NCBI GenBank assembly: GCA_000004985.1
Contig: GG738932.1
Source: Naegleria gruberi
Taxonomy: Eukaryota
Direction: 5' to 3' (one strand)
Length of the DNA: 64,000 nucleotides
Below are positions 12,001-24,000 of this stretch, one piece after another. Position numbers and translations under genes: made by a program. Position 1 is the stretch's first letter. Each line of letters begins with the position of its first letter. Below the pieces are notes generated by a model that saw only the letters and a list, made by a program, of their open reading frames with translations, did no database searches and was not told where the DNA came from.

Positions 12001-15000
12001 NNNNNNNNNNNNNNNNNNNNNNNNNNNNNNNNNNNNNNNNNNNNNNNNNNNNNNNNNNNNNNNNNNNNNNNNNNNNNNNNNNNNNNNNNNNNNNNNNNNN
12101 NNNNNNNNNNNNNNNNNNNNNNNNNNNNNNNNNNNNNNNNNNNNNNNNNNNNNNNNNNNNNNNNNNNNNNNNNNNNNNNNNNNNNNNNNNNNNNNNNNNN
12201 NNNNNNNNNNNNNNNNNNNNNNNNNNNNNNNNNNNNNNNNNNNNNNNNNNNNNNNNNNNNNNNNNNNNNNNNNNNNNNNNNNNNNNNNNNNNNNNNNNNN
12301 NNNNNNNNNNNNNNNNNNNNNNNNNNNNNNNNNNNNNNNNNNNNNNNNNNNNNNNNNNNNNNNNNNNNNNNNNNNNNNNNNNNNNNNNNNNNNNNNNNNN
12401 NNNNNNNNNNNNNNNNNNNNNNNNNNNNNNNNNNNNNNNNNNNNNNNNNNNNNNNNNNNNNNNNNNNNNNNNNNNNNNNNNNNNNNNNNNNNNNNNNNNN
12501 NNNNNNNNNNNNNNNNNNNNNNNNNNNNNNNNNNNNNNNNNNNNNNNNNNNNNNNNNNNNNNNNNNNNNNNNNNNNNNNNNNNNNNNNNNNNNNNNNNNN
12601 NNNNNNNNNNNNNNNNNNNNNNNNNNNNNNNNNNNNNNNNNNNNNNNNNNNNNNNNNNNNNNNNNNNNNNNNNNNNNNNNNNNNNNNNNNNNNNNNNNNN
12701 NNNNNNNNNNNNNNNNNNNNNNNNNNNNNNNNNNNNNNNNNNNNNNNNNNNNNNNNNNNNNNNNNNNNNNNNNNNNNNNNNNNNNNNNNNNNNNNNNNNN
12801 NNNNNNNNNNNNNNNNNNNNNNNNNNNNNNNNNNNNNNNNNNNNNNNNNNNNNNNNNNNNNNNNNNNNNNNNNNNNNNNNNNNNNNNNNNNNNNNNNNNN
12901 NNNNNNNNNNNNNNNNNNNNNNNNNNNNNNNNNNNNNNNNNNNNNNNNNNNNNNNNNNNNNNNNNNNNNNNNNNNNNNNNNNNNNNNNNNNNNNNNNNNN
13001 NNNNNNNNNNNNNNNNNNNNNNNNNNNNNNNNNNNNNNNNNNNNNNNNNNNNNNNNNNNNNNNNNNNNNNNNNNNNNNNNNNNNNNNNNNNNNNNNNNNN
13101 NNNNNNNNNNNNNNNNNNNNNNNNNNNNNNNNNNNNNNNNNNNNNNNNNNNNNNNNNNNNNNNNNNNNNNNNNNNNNNNNNNNNNNNNNNNNNNNNNNNN
13201 NNNNNNNNNNNNNNNNNNNNNNNNNNNNNNNNNNNNNNNNNNNNNNNNNNNNNNNNNNNNNNNNNNNNNNNNNNNNNNNNNNNNNNNNNNNNNNNNNNNN
13301 NNNNNNNNNNNNNNNNNNNNNNNNNNNNNNNNNNNNNNNNNNNNNNNNNNNNNNNNNNNNNNNNNNNNNNNNNNNNNNNNNNNNNNNNNNNNNNNNNNNN
13401 NNNNNNNNNNNNNNNNNNNNNNNNNNNNNNNNNNNNNNNNNNNNNNNNNNNNNNNNNNNNNNNNNNNNNNNNNNNNNNNNNNNNNNNNNNNNNNNNNNNN
13501 NNNNNNNNNNNNNNNNNNNNNNNNNNNNNNNNNNNNNNNNNNNNNNNNNNNNNNNNNNNNNNNNNNNNNNNNNNNNNNNNNNNNNNNNNNNNNNNNNNNN
13601 NNNNNNNNNNNNNNNNNNNNNNNNNNNNNNNNNNNNNNNNNNNNNNNNNNNNNNNNNNNNNNNNNNNNNNNNNNNNNNNNNNNNNNNNNNNNNNNNNNNN
13701 NNNNNNNNNNNNNNNNNNNNNNNNNNNNNNNNNNNNNNNNNNNNNNNNNNNNNNNNNNNNNNNNNNNNNNNNNNNNNNNNNNNNNNNNNNNNNNNNNNNN
13801 NNNNNNNNNNNNNNNNNNNNNNNNNNNNNNNNNNNNNNNNNNNNNNNNNNNNNNNNNNNNNNNNNNNNNNNNNNNNNNNNNNNNNNNNNNNNNNNNNNNN
13901 NNNNNNNNNNNNNNNNNNNNNNNNNNNNNNNNNNNNNNNNNNNNNNNNNNNNNNNNNNNNNNNNNNNNNNNNNNNNNNNNNNNNNNNNNNNNNNNNNNNN
14001 NNNNNNNNNNNNNNNNNNNNNNNNNNNNNNNNNNNNNNNNNNNNNNNNNNNNNNNNNNNNNNNNNNNNNNNNNNNNNNNNNNNNNNNNNNNNNNNNNNNN
14101 NNNNNNNNNNNNNNNNNNNNNNNNNNNNNNNNNNNNNNNNNNNNNNNNNNNNNNNNNNNNNNNNNNNNNNNNNNNNNNNNNNNNNNNNNNNNNNNNNNNN
14201 NNNNNNNNNNNNNNNNNNNNNNNNNNNNNNNNNNNNNNNNNNNNNNNNNNNNNNNNNNNNNNNNNNNNNNNNNNNNNNNNNNNNNNNNNNNNNNNNNNNN
14301 NNNNNNNNNNNNNNNNNNNNNNNNNNNNNNNNNNNNNNNNNNNNNNNNNNNNNNNNNNNNNNNNNNNNNNNNNNNNNNNNNNNNNNNNNNNNNNNNNNNN
14401 NNNNNNNNNNNNNNNNNNNNNNNNNNNNNNNNNNNNNNNNNNNNNNNNNNNNNNNNNNNNNNNNNNNNNNNNNNNNNNNNNNNNNNNNNNNNNNNNNNNN
14501 NNNNNNNNNNNNNNNNNNNNNNNNNNNNNNNNNNNNNNNNNNNNNNNNNNNNNNNNNNNNNNNNNNNNNNNNNNNNNNNNNNNNNNNNNNNNNNNNNNNN
14601 NNNNNNNNNNNNNNNNNNNNNNNNNNNNNNNNNNNNNNNNNNNNNNNNNNNNNNNNNNNNNNNNNNNNNNNNNNNNNNNNNNNNNNNNNNNNNNNNNNNN
14701 NNNNNNNNNNNNNNNNNNNNNNNNNNNNNNNNNNNNNNNNNNNNNNNNNNNNNNNNNNNNNNNNNNNNNNNNNNNNNNNNNNNNNNNNNNNNNNNNNNNN
14801 NNNNNNNNNNNNNNNNNNNNNNNNNNNNNNNNNNNNNNNNNNNNNNNNNNNNNNNNNNNNNNNNNNNNNNNNNNNNNNNNNNNNNNNNNNNNNNNNNNNN
14901 NNNNNNNNNNNNNNNNNNNNNNNNNNNNNNNNNNNNNNNNNNNNNNNNNNNNNNNNNNNNNNNNNNNNNNNNNNNNNNNNNNNNNNNNNNNNNNNNNNNN

Positions 15001-18000
15001 NNNNNNNNNNNNNNNNNNNNNNNNNNNNNNNNNNNNNNNNNNNNNNNNNNNNNNNNNNNNNNNNNNNNNNNNNNNNNNNNNNNNNNNNNNNNNNNNNNNN
15101 NNNNNNNNNNNNNNNNNNNNNNNNNNNNNNNNNNNNNNNNNNNNNNNNNNNNNNNNNNNNNNNNNNNNNNNNNNNNNNNNNNNNNNNNNNNNNNNNNNNN
15201 NNNNNNNNNNNNNNNNNNNNNNNNNNNNNNNNNNNNNNNNNNNNNNNNNNNNNNNNNNNNNNNNNNNNNNNNNNNNNNNNNNNNNNNNNNNNNNNNNNNN
15301 NNNNNNNNNNNNNNNNNNNNNNNNNNNNNNNNNNNNNNNNNNNNNNNNNNNNNNNNNNNNNNNNNNNNNNNNNNNNNNNNNNNNNNNNNNNNNNNNNNNN
15401 NNNNNNNNNNNNNNNNNNNNNNNNNNNNNNNNNNNNNNNNNNNNNNNNNNNNNNNNNNNNNNNNNNNNNNNNNNNNNNNNNNNNNNNNNNNNNNNNNNNN
15501 NNNNNNNNNNNNNNNNNNNNNNNNNNNNNNNNNNNNNNNNNNNNNNNNNNNNNNNNNNNNNNNNNNNNNNNNNNNNNNNNNNNNNNNNNNNNNNNNNNNN
15601 NNNNNNNNNNNNNNNNNNNNNNNNNNNNNNNNNNNNNNNNNNNNNNNNNNNNNNNNNNNNNNNNNNNNNNNNNNNNNNNNNNNNNNNNNNNNNNNNNNNN
15701 NNNNNNNNNNNNNNNNNNNNNNNNNNNNNNNNNNNNNNNNNNNNNNNNNNNNNNNNNNNNNNNNNNNNNNNNNNNNNNNNNNNNNNNNNNNNNNNNNNNN
15801 NNNNNNNNNNNNNNNNNNNNNNNNNNNNNNNNNNNNNNNNNNNNNNNNNNNNNNNNNNNNNNNNNNNNNNNNNNNNNNNNNNNNNNNNNNNNNNNNNNNN
15901 NNNNNNNNNNNNNNNNNNNNNNNNNNNNNNNNNNNNNNNNNNNNNNNNNNNNNNNNNNNNNNNNNNNNNNNNNNNNNNNNNNNNNNNNNNNNNNNNNNNN
16001 NNNNNNNNNNNNNNNNNNNNNNNNNNNNNNNNNNNNNNNNNNNNNNNNNNNNNNNNNNNNNNNNNNNNNNNNNNNNNNNNNNNNNNNNNNNNNNNNNNNN
16101 NNNNNNNNNNNNNNNNNNNNNNNNNNNNNNNNNNNNNNNNNNNNNNNNNNNNNNNNNNNNNNNNNNNNNNNNNNNNNNNNNNNNNNNNNNNNNNNNNNNN
16201 NNNNNNNNNNNNNNNNNNNNNNNNNNNNNNNNNNNNNNNNNNNNNNNNNNNNNNNNNNNNNNNNNNNNNNNNNNNNNNNNNNNNNNNNNNNNNNNNNNNN
16301 NNNNNNNNNNNNNNNNNNNNNNNNNNNNNNNNNNNNNNNNNNNNNNNNNNNNNNNNNNNNNNNNNNNNNNNNNNNNNNNNNNNNNNNNNNNNNNNNNNNN
16401 NNNNNNNNNNNNNNNNNNNNNNNNNNNNNNNNNNNNNNNNNNNNNNNNNNNNNNNNNNNNNNNNNNNNNNNNNNNNNNNNNNNNNNNNNNNNNNNNNNNN
16501 NNNNNNNNNNNNNNNNNNNNNNNNNNNNNNNNNNNNNNNNNNNNNNNNNNNNNNNNNNNNNNNNNNNNNNNNNNNNNNNNNNNNNNNNNNNNNNNNNNNN
16601 NNNNNNNNNNNNNNNNNNNNNNNNNNNNNNNNNNNNNNNNNNNNNNNNNNNNNNNNNNNNNNNNNNNNNNNNNNNNNNNNNNNNNNNNNNNNNNNNNNNN
16701 NNNNNNNNNNNNNNNNNNNNNNNNNNNNNNNNNNNNNNNNNNNNNNNNNNNNNNNNNNNNNNNNNNNNNNNNNNNNNNNNNNNNNNNNNNNNNNNNNNNN
16801 NNNNNNNNNNNNNNNNNNNNNNNNNNNNNNNNNNNNNNNNNNNNNNNNNNNNNNNNNNNNNNNNNNNNNNNNNNNNNNNNNNNNNNNNNNNNNNNNNNNN
16901 NNNNNNNNNNNNNNNNNNNNNNNNNNNNNNNNNNNNNNNNNNNNNNNNNNNNNNNNNNNNNNNNNNNNNNNNNNNNNNNNNNNNNNNNNNNNNNNNNNNN
17001 NNNNNNNNNNNNNNNNNNNNNNNNNNNNNNNNNNNNNNNNNNNNNNNNNNNNNNNNNNNNNNNNNNNNNNNNNNNNNNNNNNNNNNNNNNNNNNNNNNNN
17101 NNNNNNNNNNNNNNNNNNNNNNNNNNNNNNNNNNNNNNNNNNNNNNNNNNNNNNNNNNNNNNNNNNNNNNNNNNNNNNNNNNNNNNNNNNNNNNNNNNNN
17201 NNNNNNNNNNNNNNNNNNNNNNNNNNNNNNNNNNNNNNNNNNNNNNNNNNNNNNNNNNNNNNNNNNNNNNNNNNNNNNNNNNNNNNNNNNNNNNNNNNNN
17301 NNNNNNNNNNNNNNNNNNNNNNNNNNNNNNNNNNNNNNNNNNNNNNNNNNNNNNNNNNNNNNNNNNNNNNNNNNNNNNNNNNNNNNNNNNNNNNNNNNNN
17401 NNNNNNNNNNNNNNNNNNNNNNNNNNNNNNNNNNNNNNNNNNNNNNNNNNNNNNNNNNNNNNNNNNNNNNNNNNNNNNNNNNNNNNNNNNNNNNNNNNNN
17501 NNNNNNNNNNNNNNNNNNNNNNNNNNNNNNNNNNNNNNNNNNNNNNNNNNNNNNNNNNNNNNNNNNNNNNNNNNNNNNNNNNNNNNNNNNNNNNNNNNNN
17601 NNNNNNNNNNNNNNNNNNNNNNNNNNNNNNNNNNNNNNNNNNNNNNNNNNNNNNNNNNNNNNNNNNNNNNNNNNNNNNNNNNNNNNNNNNNNNNNNNNNN
17701 NNNNNNNNNNNNNNNNNNNNNNNNNNNNNNNNNNNNNNNNNNNNNNNNNNNNNNNNNNNNNNNNNNNNNNNNNNNNNNNNNNNNNNNNNNNNNNNNNNNN
17801 NNNNNNNNNNNNNNNNNNNNNNNNNNNNNNNNNNNNNNNNNNNNNNNNNNNNNNNNNNNNNNNNNNNNNNNNNNNNNNNNNNNNNNNNNNNNNNNNNNNN
17901 NNNNNNNNNNNNNNNNNNNNNNNNNNNNNNNNNNNNNNNNNNNNNNNNNNNNNNNNNNNNNNNNNNNNNNNNNNNNNNNNNNNNNNNNNNNNNNNNNNNN

Positions 18001-21000
18001 NNNNNNNNNNNNNNNNNNNNNNNNNNNNNNNNNNNNNNNNNNNNNNNNNNNNNNNNNNNNNNNNNNNNNNNNNNNNNNNNNNNNNNNNNNNNNNNNNNNN
18101 NNNNNNNNNNNNNNNNNNNNNNNNNNNNNNNNNNNNNNNNNNNNNNNNNNNNNNNNNNNNNNNNNNNNNNNNNNNNNNNNNNNNNNNNNNNNNNNNNNNN
18201 NNNNNNNNNNNNNNNNNNNNNNNNNNNNNNNNNNNNNNNNNNNNNNNNNNNNNNNNNNNNNNNNNNNNNNNNNNNNNNNNNNNNNNNNNNNNNNNNNNNN
18301 NNNNNNNNNNNNNNNNNNNNNNNNNNNNNNNNNNNNNNNNNNNNNNNNNNNNNNNNNNNNNNNNNNNNNNNNNNNNNNNNNNNNNNNNNNNNNNNNNNNN
18401 NNNNNNNNNNNNNNNNNNNNNNNNNNNNNNNNNNNNNNNNNNNNNNNNNNNNNNNNNNNNNNNNNNNNNNNNNNNNNNNNNNNNNNNNNNNNNNNNNNNN
18501 NNNNNNNNNNNNNNNNNNNNNNNNNNNNNNNNNNNNNNNNNNNNNNNNNNNNNNNNNNNNNNNNNNNNNNNNNNNNNNNNNNNNNNNNNNNNNNNNNNNN
18601 NNNNNNNNNNNNNNNNNNNNNNNNNNNNNNNNNNNNNNNNNNNNNNNNNNNNNNNNNNNNNNNNNNNNNNNNNNNNNNNNNNNNNNNNNNNNNNNNNNNN
18701 NNNNNNNNNNNNNNNNNNNNNNNNNNNNNNNNNNNNNNNNNNNNNNNNNNNNNNNNNNNNNNNNNNNNNNNNNNNNNNNNNNNNNNNNNNNNNNNNNNNN
18801 NNNNNNNNNNNNNNNNNNNNNNNNNNNNNNNNNNNNNNNNNNNNNNNNNNNNNNNNNNNNNNNNNNNNNNNNNNNNNNNNNNNNNNNNNNNNNNNNNNNN
18901 NNNNNNNNNNNNNNNNNNNNNNNNNNNNNNNNNNNNNNNNNNNNNNNNNNNNNNNNNNNNNNNNNNNNNNNNNNNNNNNNNNNNNNNNNNNNNNNNNNNN
19001 NNNNNNNNNNNNNNNNNNNNNNNNNNNNNNNNNNNNNNNNNNNNNNNNNNNNNNNNNNNNNNNNNNNNNNNNNNNNNNNNNNNNNNNNNNNNNNNNNNNN
19101 NNNNNNNNNNNNNNNNNNNNNNNNNNNNNNNNNNNNNNNNNNNNNNNNNNNNNNNNNNNNNNNNNNNNNNNNNNNNNNNNNNNNNNNNNNNNNNNNNNNN
19201 NNNNNNNNNNNNNNNNNNNNNNNNNNNNNNNNNNNNNNNNNNNNNNNNNNNNNNNNNNNNNNNNNNNNNNNNNNNNNNNNNNNNNNNNNNNNNNNNNNNN
19301 NNNNNNNNNNNNNNNNNNNNNNNNNNNNNNNNNNNNNNNNNNNNNNNNNNNNNNNNNNNNNNNNNNNNNNNNNNNNNNNNNNNNNNNNNNNNNNNNNNNN
19401 NNNNNNNNNNNNNNNNNNNNNNNNNNNNNNNNNNNNNNNNNNNNNNNNNNNNNNNNNNNNNNNNNNNNNNNNNNNNNNNNNNNNNNNNNNNNNNNNNNNN
19501 NNNNNNNNNNNNNNNNNNNNNNNNNNNNNNNNNNNNNNNNNNNNNNNNNNNNNNNNNNNNNNNNNNNNNNNNNNNNNNNNNNNNNNNNNNNNNNNNNNNN
19601 NNNNNNNNNNNNNNNNNNNNNNNNNNNNNNNNNNNNNNNNNNNNNNNNNNNNNNNNNNNNNNNNNNNNNNNNNNNNNNNNNNNNNNNNNNNNNNNNNNNN
19701 NNNNNNNNNNNNNNNNNNNNNNNNNNNNNNNNNNNNNNNNNNNNNNNNNNNNNNNNNNNNNNNNNNNNNNNNNNNNNNNNNNNNNNNNNNNNNNNNNNNN
19801 NNNNNNNNNNNNNNNNNNNNNNNNNNNNNNNNNNNNNNNNNNNNNNNNNNNNNNNNNNNNNNNNNNNNNNNNNNNNNNNNNNNNNNNNNNNNNNNNNNNN
19901 NNNNNNNNNNNNNNNNNNNNNNNNNNNNNNNNNNNNNNNNNNNNNNNNNNNNNNNNNNNNNNNNNNNNNNNNNNNNNNNNNNNNNNNNNNNNNNNNNNNN
20001 NNNNNNNNNNNNNNNNNNNNNNNNNNNNNNNNNNNNNNNNNNNNNNNNNNNNNNNNNNNNNNNNNNNNNNNNNNNNNNNNNNNNNNNNNNNNNNNNNNNN
20101 NNNNNNNNNNNNNNNNNNNNNNNNNNNNNNNNNNNNNNNNNNNNNNNNNNNNNNNNNNNNNNNNNNNNNNNNNNNNNNNNNNNNNNNNNNNNNNNNNNNN
20201 NNNNNNNNNNNNNNNNNNNNNNNNNNNNNNNNNNNNNNNNNNNNNNNNNNNNNNNNNNNNNNNNNNNNNNNNNNNNNNNNNNNNNNNNNNNNNNNNNNNN
20301 NNNNNNNNNNNNNNNNNNNNNNNNNNNNNNNNNNNNNNNNNNNNNNNNNNNNNNNNNNNNNNNNNNNNNNNNNNNNNNNNNNNNNNNNNNNNNNNNNNNN
20401 NNNNNNNNNNNNNNNNNNNNNNNNNNNNNNNNNNNNNNNNNNNNNNNNNNNNNNNNNNNNNNNNNNNNNNNNNNNNNNNNNNNNNNNNNNNNNNNNNNNN
20501 NNNNNNNNNNNNNNNNNNNNNNNNNNNNNNNNNNNNNNNNNNNNNNNNNNNNNNNNNNNNNNNNNNNNNNNNNNNNNNNNNNNNNNNNNNNNNNNNNNNN
20601 NNNNNNNNNNNNNNNNNNNNNNNNNNNNNNNNNNNNNNNNNNNNNNNNNNNNNNNNNNNNNNNNNNNNNNNNNNNNNNNNNNNNNNNNNNNNNNNNNNNN
20701 NNNNNNNNNNNNNNNNNNNNNNNNNNNNNNNNNNNNNNNNNNNNNNNNNNNNNNNNNNNNNNNNNNNNNNNNNNNNNNNNNNNNNNNNNNNNNNNNNNNN
20801 NNNNNNNNNNNNNNNNNNNNNNNNNNNNNNNNNNNNNNNNNNNNNNNNNNNNNNNNNNNNNNNNNNNNNNNNNNNNNNNNNNNNNNNNNNNNNNNNNNNN
20901 NNNNNNNNNNNNNNNNNNNNNNNNNNNNNNNNNNNNNNNNNNNNNNNNNNNNNNNNNNNNNNNNNNNNNNNNNNNNNNNNNNNNNNNNNNNNNNNNNNNN

Positions 21001-24000
21001 NNNNNNNNNNNNNNNNNNNNNNNNNNNNNNNNNNNNNNNNNNNNNNNNNNNNNNNNNNNNNNNNNNNNNNNNNNNNNNNNNNNNNNNNNNNNNNNNNNNN
21101 NNNNNNNNNNNNNNNNNNNNNNNNNNNNNNNNNNNNNNNNNNNNNNNNNNNNNNNNNNNNNNNNNNNNNNNNNNNNNNNNNNNNNNNNNNNNNNNNNNNN
21201 NNNNNNNNNNNNNNNNNNNNNNNNNNNNNNNNNNNNNNNNNNNNNNNNNNNNNNNNNNNNNNNNNNNNNNNNNNNNNNNNNNNNNNNNNNNNNNNNNNNN
21301 NNNNNNNNNNNNNNNNNNNNNNNNNNNNNNNNNNNNNNNNNNNNNNNNNNNNNNNNNNNNNNNNNNNNNNNNNNNNNNNNNNNNNNNNNNNNNNNNNNNN
21401 NNNNNNNNNNNNNNNNNNNNNNNNNNNNNNNNNNNNNNNNNNNNNNNNNNNNNNNNNNNNNNNNNNNNNNNNNNNNNNNNNNNNNNNNNNNNNNNNNNNN
21501 NNNNNNNNNNNNNNNNNNNNNNNNNNNNNNNNNNNNNNNNNNNNNNNNNNNNNNNNNNNNNNNNNNNNNNNNNNNNNNNNNNNNNNNNNNNNNNNNNNNN
21601 NNNNNNNNNNNNNNNNNNNNNNNNNNNNNNNNNNNNNNNNNNNNNNNNNNNNNNNNNNNNNNNNNNNNNNNNNNNNNNNNNNNNNNNNNNNNNNNNNNNN
21701 NNNNNNNNNNNNNNNNNNNNNNNNNNNNNNNNNNNNNNNNNNNNNNNNNNNNNNNNNNNNNNNNNNNNNNNNNNNNNNNNNNNNNNNNNNNNNNNNNNNN
21801 NNNNNNNNNNNNNNNNNNNNNNNNNNNNNNNNNNNNNNNNNNNNNNNNNNNNNNNNNNNNNNNNNNNNNNNNNNNNNNNNNNNNNNNNNNNNNNNNNNNN
21901 NNNNNNNNNNNNNNNNNNNNNNNNNNNNNNNNNNNNNNNNNNNNNNNNNNNNNNNNNNNNNNNNNNNNNNNNNNNNNNNNNNNNNNNNNNNNNNNNNNNN
22001 NNNNNNNNNNNNNNNNNNNNNNNNNNNNNNNNNNNNNNNNNNNNNNNNNNNNNNNNNNNNNNNNNNNNNNNNNNNNNNNNNNNNNNNNNNNNNNNNNNNN
22101 NNNNNNNNNNNNNNNNNNNNNNNNNNNNNNNNNNNNNNNNNNNNNNNNNNNNNNNNNNNNNNNNNNNNNNNNNNNNNNNNNNNNNNNNNNNNNNNNNNNN
22201 NNNNNNNNNNNNNNNNNNNNNNNNNNNNNNNNNNNNNNNNNNNNNNNNNNNNNNNNNNNNNNNNNNNNNNNNNNNNNNNNNNNNNNNNNNNNNNNNNNNN
22301 NNNNNNNNNNNNNNNNNNNNNNNNNNNNNNNNNNNNNNNNNNNNNNNNNNNNNNNNNNNNNNNNNNNNNNNNNNNNNNNNNNNNNNNNNNNNNNNNNNNN
22401 NNNNNNNNNNNNNNNNNNNNNNNNNNNNNNNNNNNNNNNNNNNNNNNNNNNNNNNNNNNNNNNNNNNNNNNNNNNNNNNNNNNNNNNNNNNNNNNNNNNN
22501 NNNNNNNNNNNNNNNNNNNNNNNNNNNNNNNNNNNNNNNNNNNNNNNNNNNNNNNNNNNNNNNNNNNNNNNNNNNNNNNNNNNNNNNNNNNNNNNNNNNN
22601 NNNNNNNNNNNNNNNNNNNNNNNNNNNNNNNNNNNNNNNNNNNNNNNNNNNNNNNNNNNNNNNNNNNNNNNNNNNNNNNNNNNNNNNNNNNNNNNNNNNN
22701 NNNNNNNNNNNNNNNNNNNNNNNNNNNNNNNNNNNNNNNNNNNNNNNNNNNNNNNNNNNNNNNNNNNNNNNNNNNNNNNNNNNNNNNNNNNNNNNNNNNN
22801 NNNNNNNNNNNNNNNNNNNNNNNNNNNNNNNNNNNNNNNNNNNNNNNNNNNNNNNNNNNNNNNNNNNNNNNNNNNNNNNNNNNNNNNNNNNNNNNNNNNN
22901 NNNNNNNNNNNNNNNNNNNNNNNNNNNNNNNNNNNNNNNNNNNNNNNNNNNNNNNNNNNNNNNNNNNNNNNNNNNNNNNNNNNNNNNNNNNNNNNNNNNN
23001 NNNNNNNNNNNNNNNNNNNNNNNNNNNNNNNNNNNNNNNNNNNNNNNNNNNNNNNNNNNNNNNNNNNNNNNNNNNNNNNNNNNNNNNNNNNNNNNNNNNN
23101 NNNNNNNNNNNNNNNNNNNNNNNNNNNNNNNNNNNNNNNNNNNNNNNNNNNNNNNNNNNNNNNNNNNNNNNNNNNNNNNNNNNNNNNNNNNNNNNNNNNN
23201 NNNNNNNNNNNNNNNNNNNNNNNNNNNNNNNNNNNNNNNNNNNNNNNNNNNNNNNNNNNNNNNNNNNNNNNNNNNNNNNNNNNNNNNNNNNNNNNNNNNN
23301 NNNNNNNNNNNNNNNNNNNNNNNNNNNNNNNNNNNNNNNNNNNNNNNNNNNNNNNNNNNNNNNNNNNNNNNNNNNNNNNNNNNNNNNNNNNNNNNNNNNN
23401 NNNNNNNNNNNNNNNNNNNNNNNNNNNNNNNNNNNNNNNNNNNNNNNNNNNNNNNNNNNNNNNNNNNNNNNNNNNNNNNNNNNNNNNNNNNNNNNNNNNN
23501 NNNNNNNNNNNNNNNNNNNNNNNNNNNNNNNNNNNNNNNNNNNNNNNNNNNNNNNNNNNNNNNNNNNNNNNNNNNNNNNNNNNNNNNNNNNNNNNNNNNN
23601 NNNNNNNNNNNNNNNNNNNNNNNNNNNNNNNNNNNNNNNNNNNNNNNNNNNNNNNNNNNNNNNNNNNNNNNNNNNNNNNNNNNNNNNNNNNNNNNNNNNN
23701 NNNNNNNNNNNNNNNNNNNNNNNNNNNNNNNNNNNNNNNNNNNNNNNNNNNNNNNNNNNNNNNNNNNNNNNNNNNNNNNNNNNNNNNNNNNNNNNNNNNN
23801 NNNNNNNNNNNNNNNNNNNNNNNNNNNNNNNNNNNNNNNNNNNNNNNNNNNNNNNNNNNNNNNNNNNNNNNNNNNNNNNNNNNNNNNNNNNNNNNNNNNN
23901 NNNNNNNNNNNNNNNNNNNNNNNNNNNNNNNNNNNNNNNNNNNNNNNNNNNNNNNNNNNNNNNNNNNNNNNNNNNNNNNNNNNNNNNNNNNNNNNNNNNN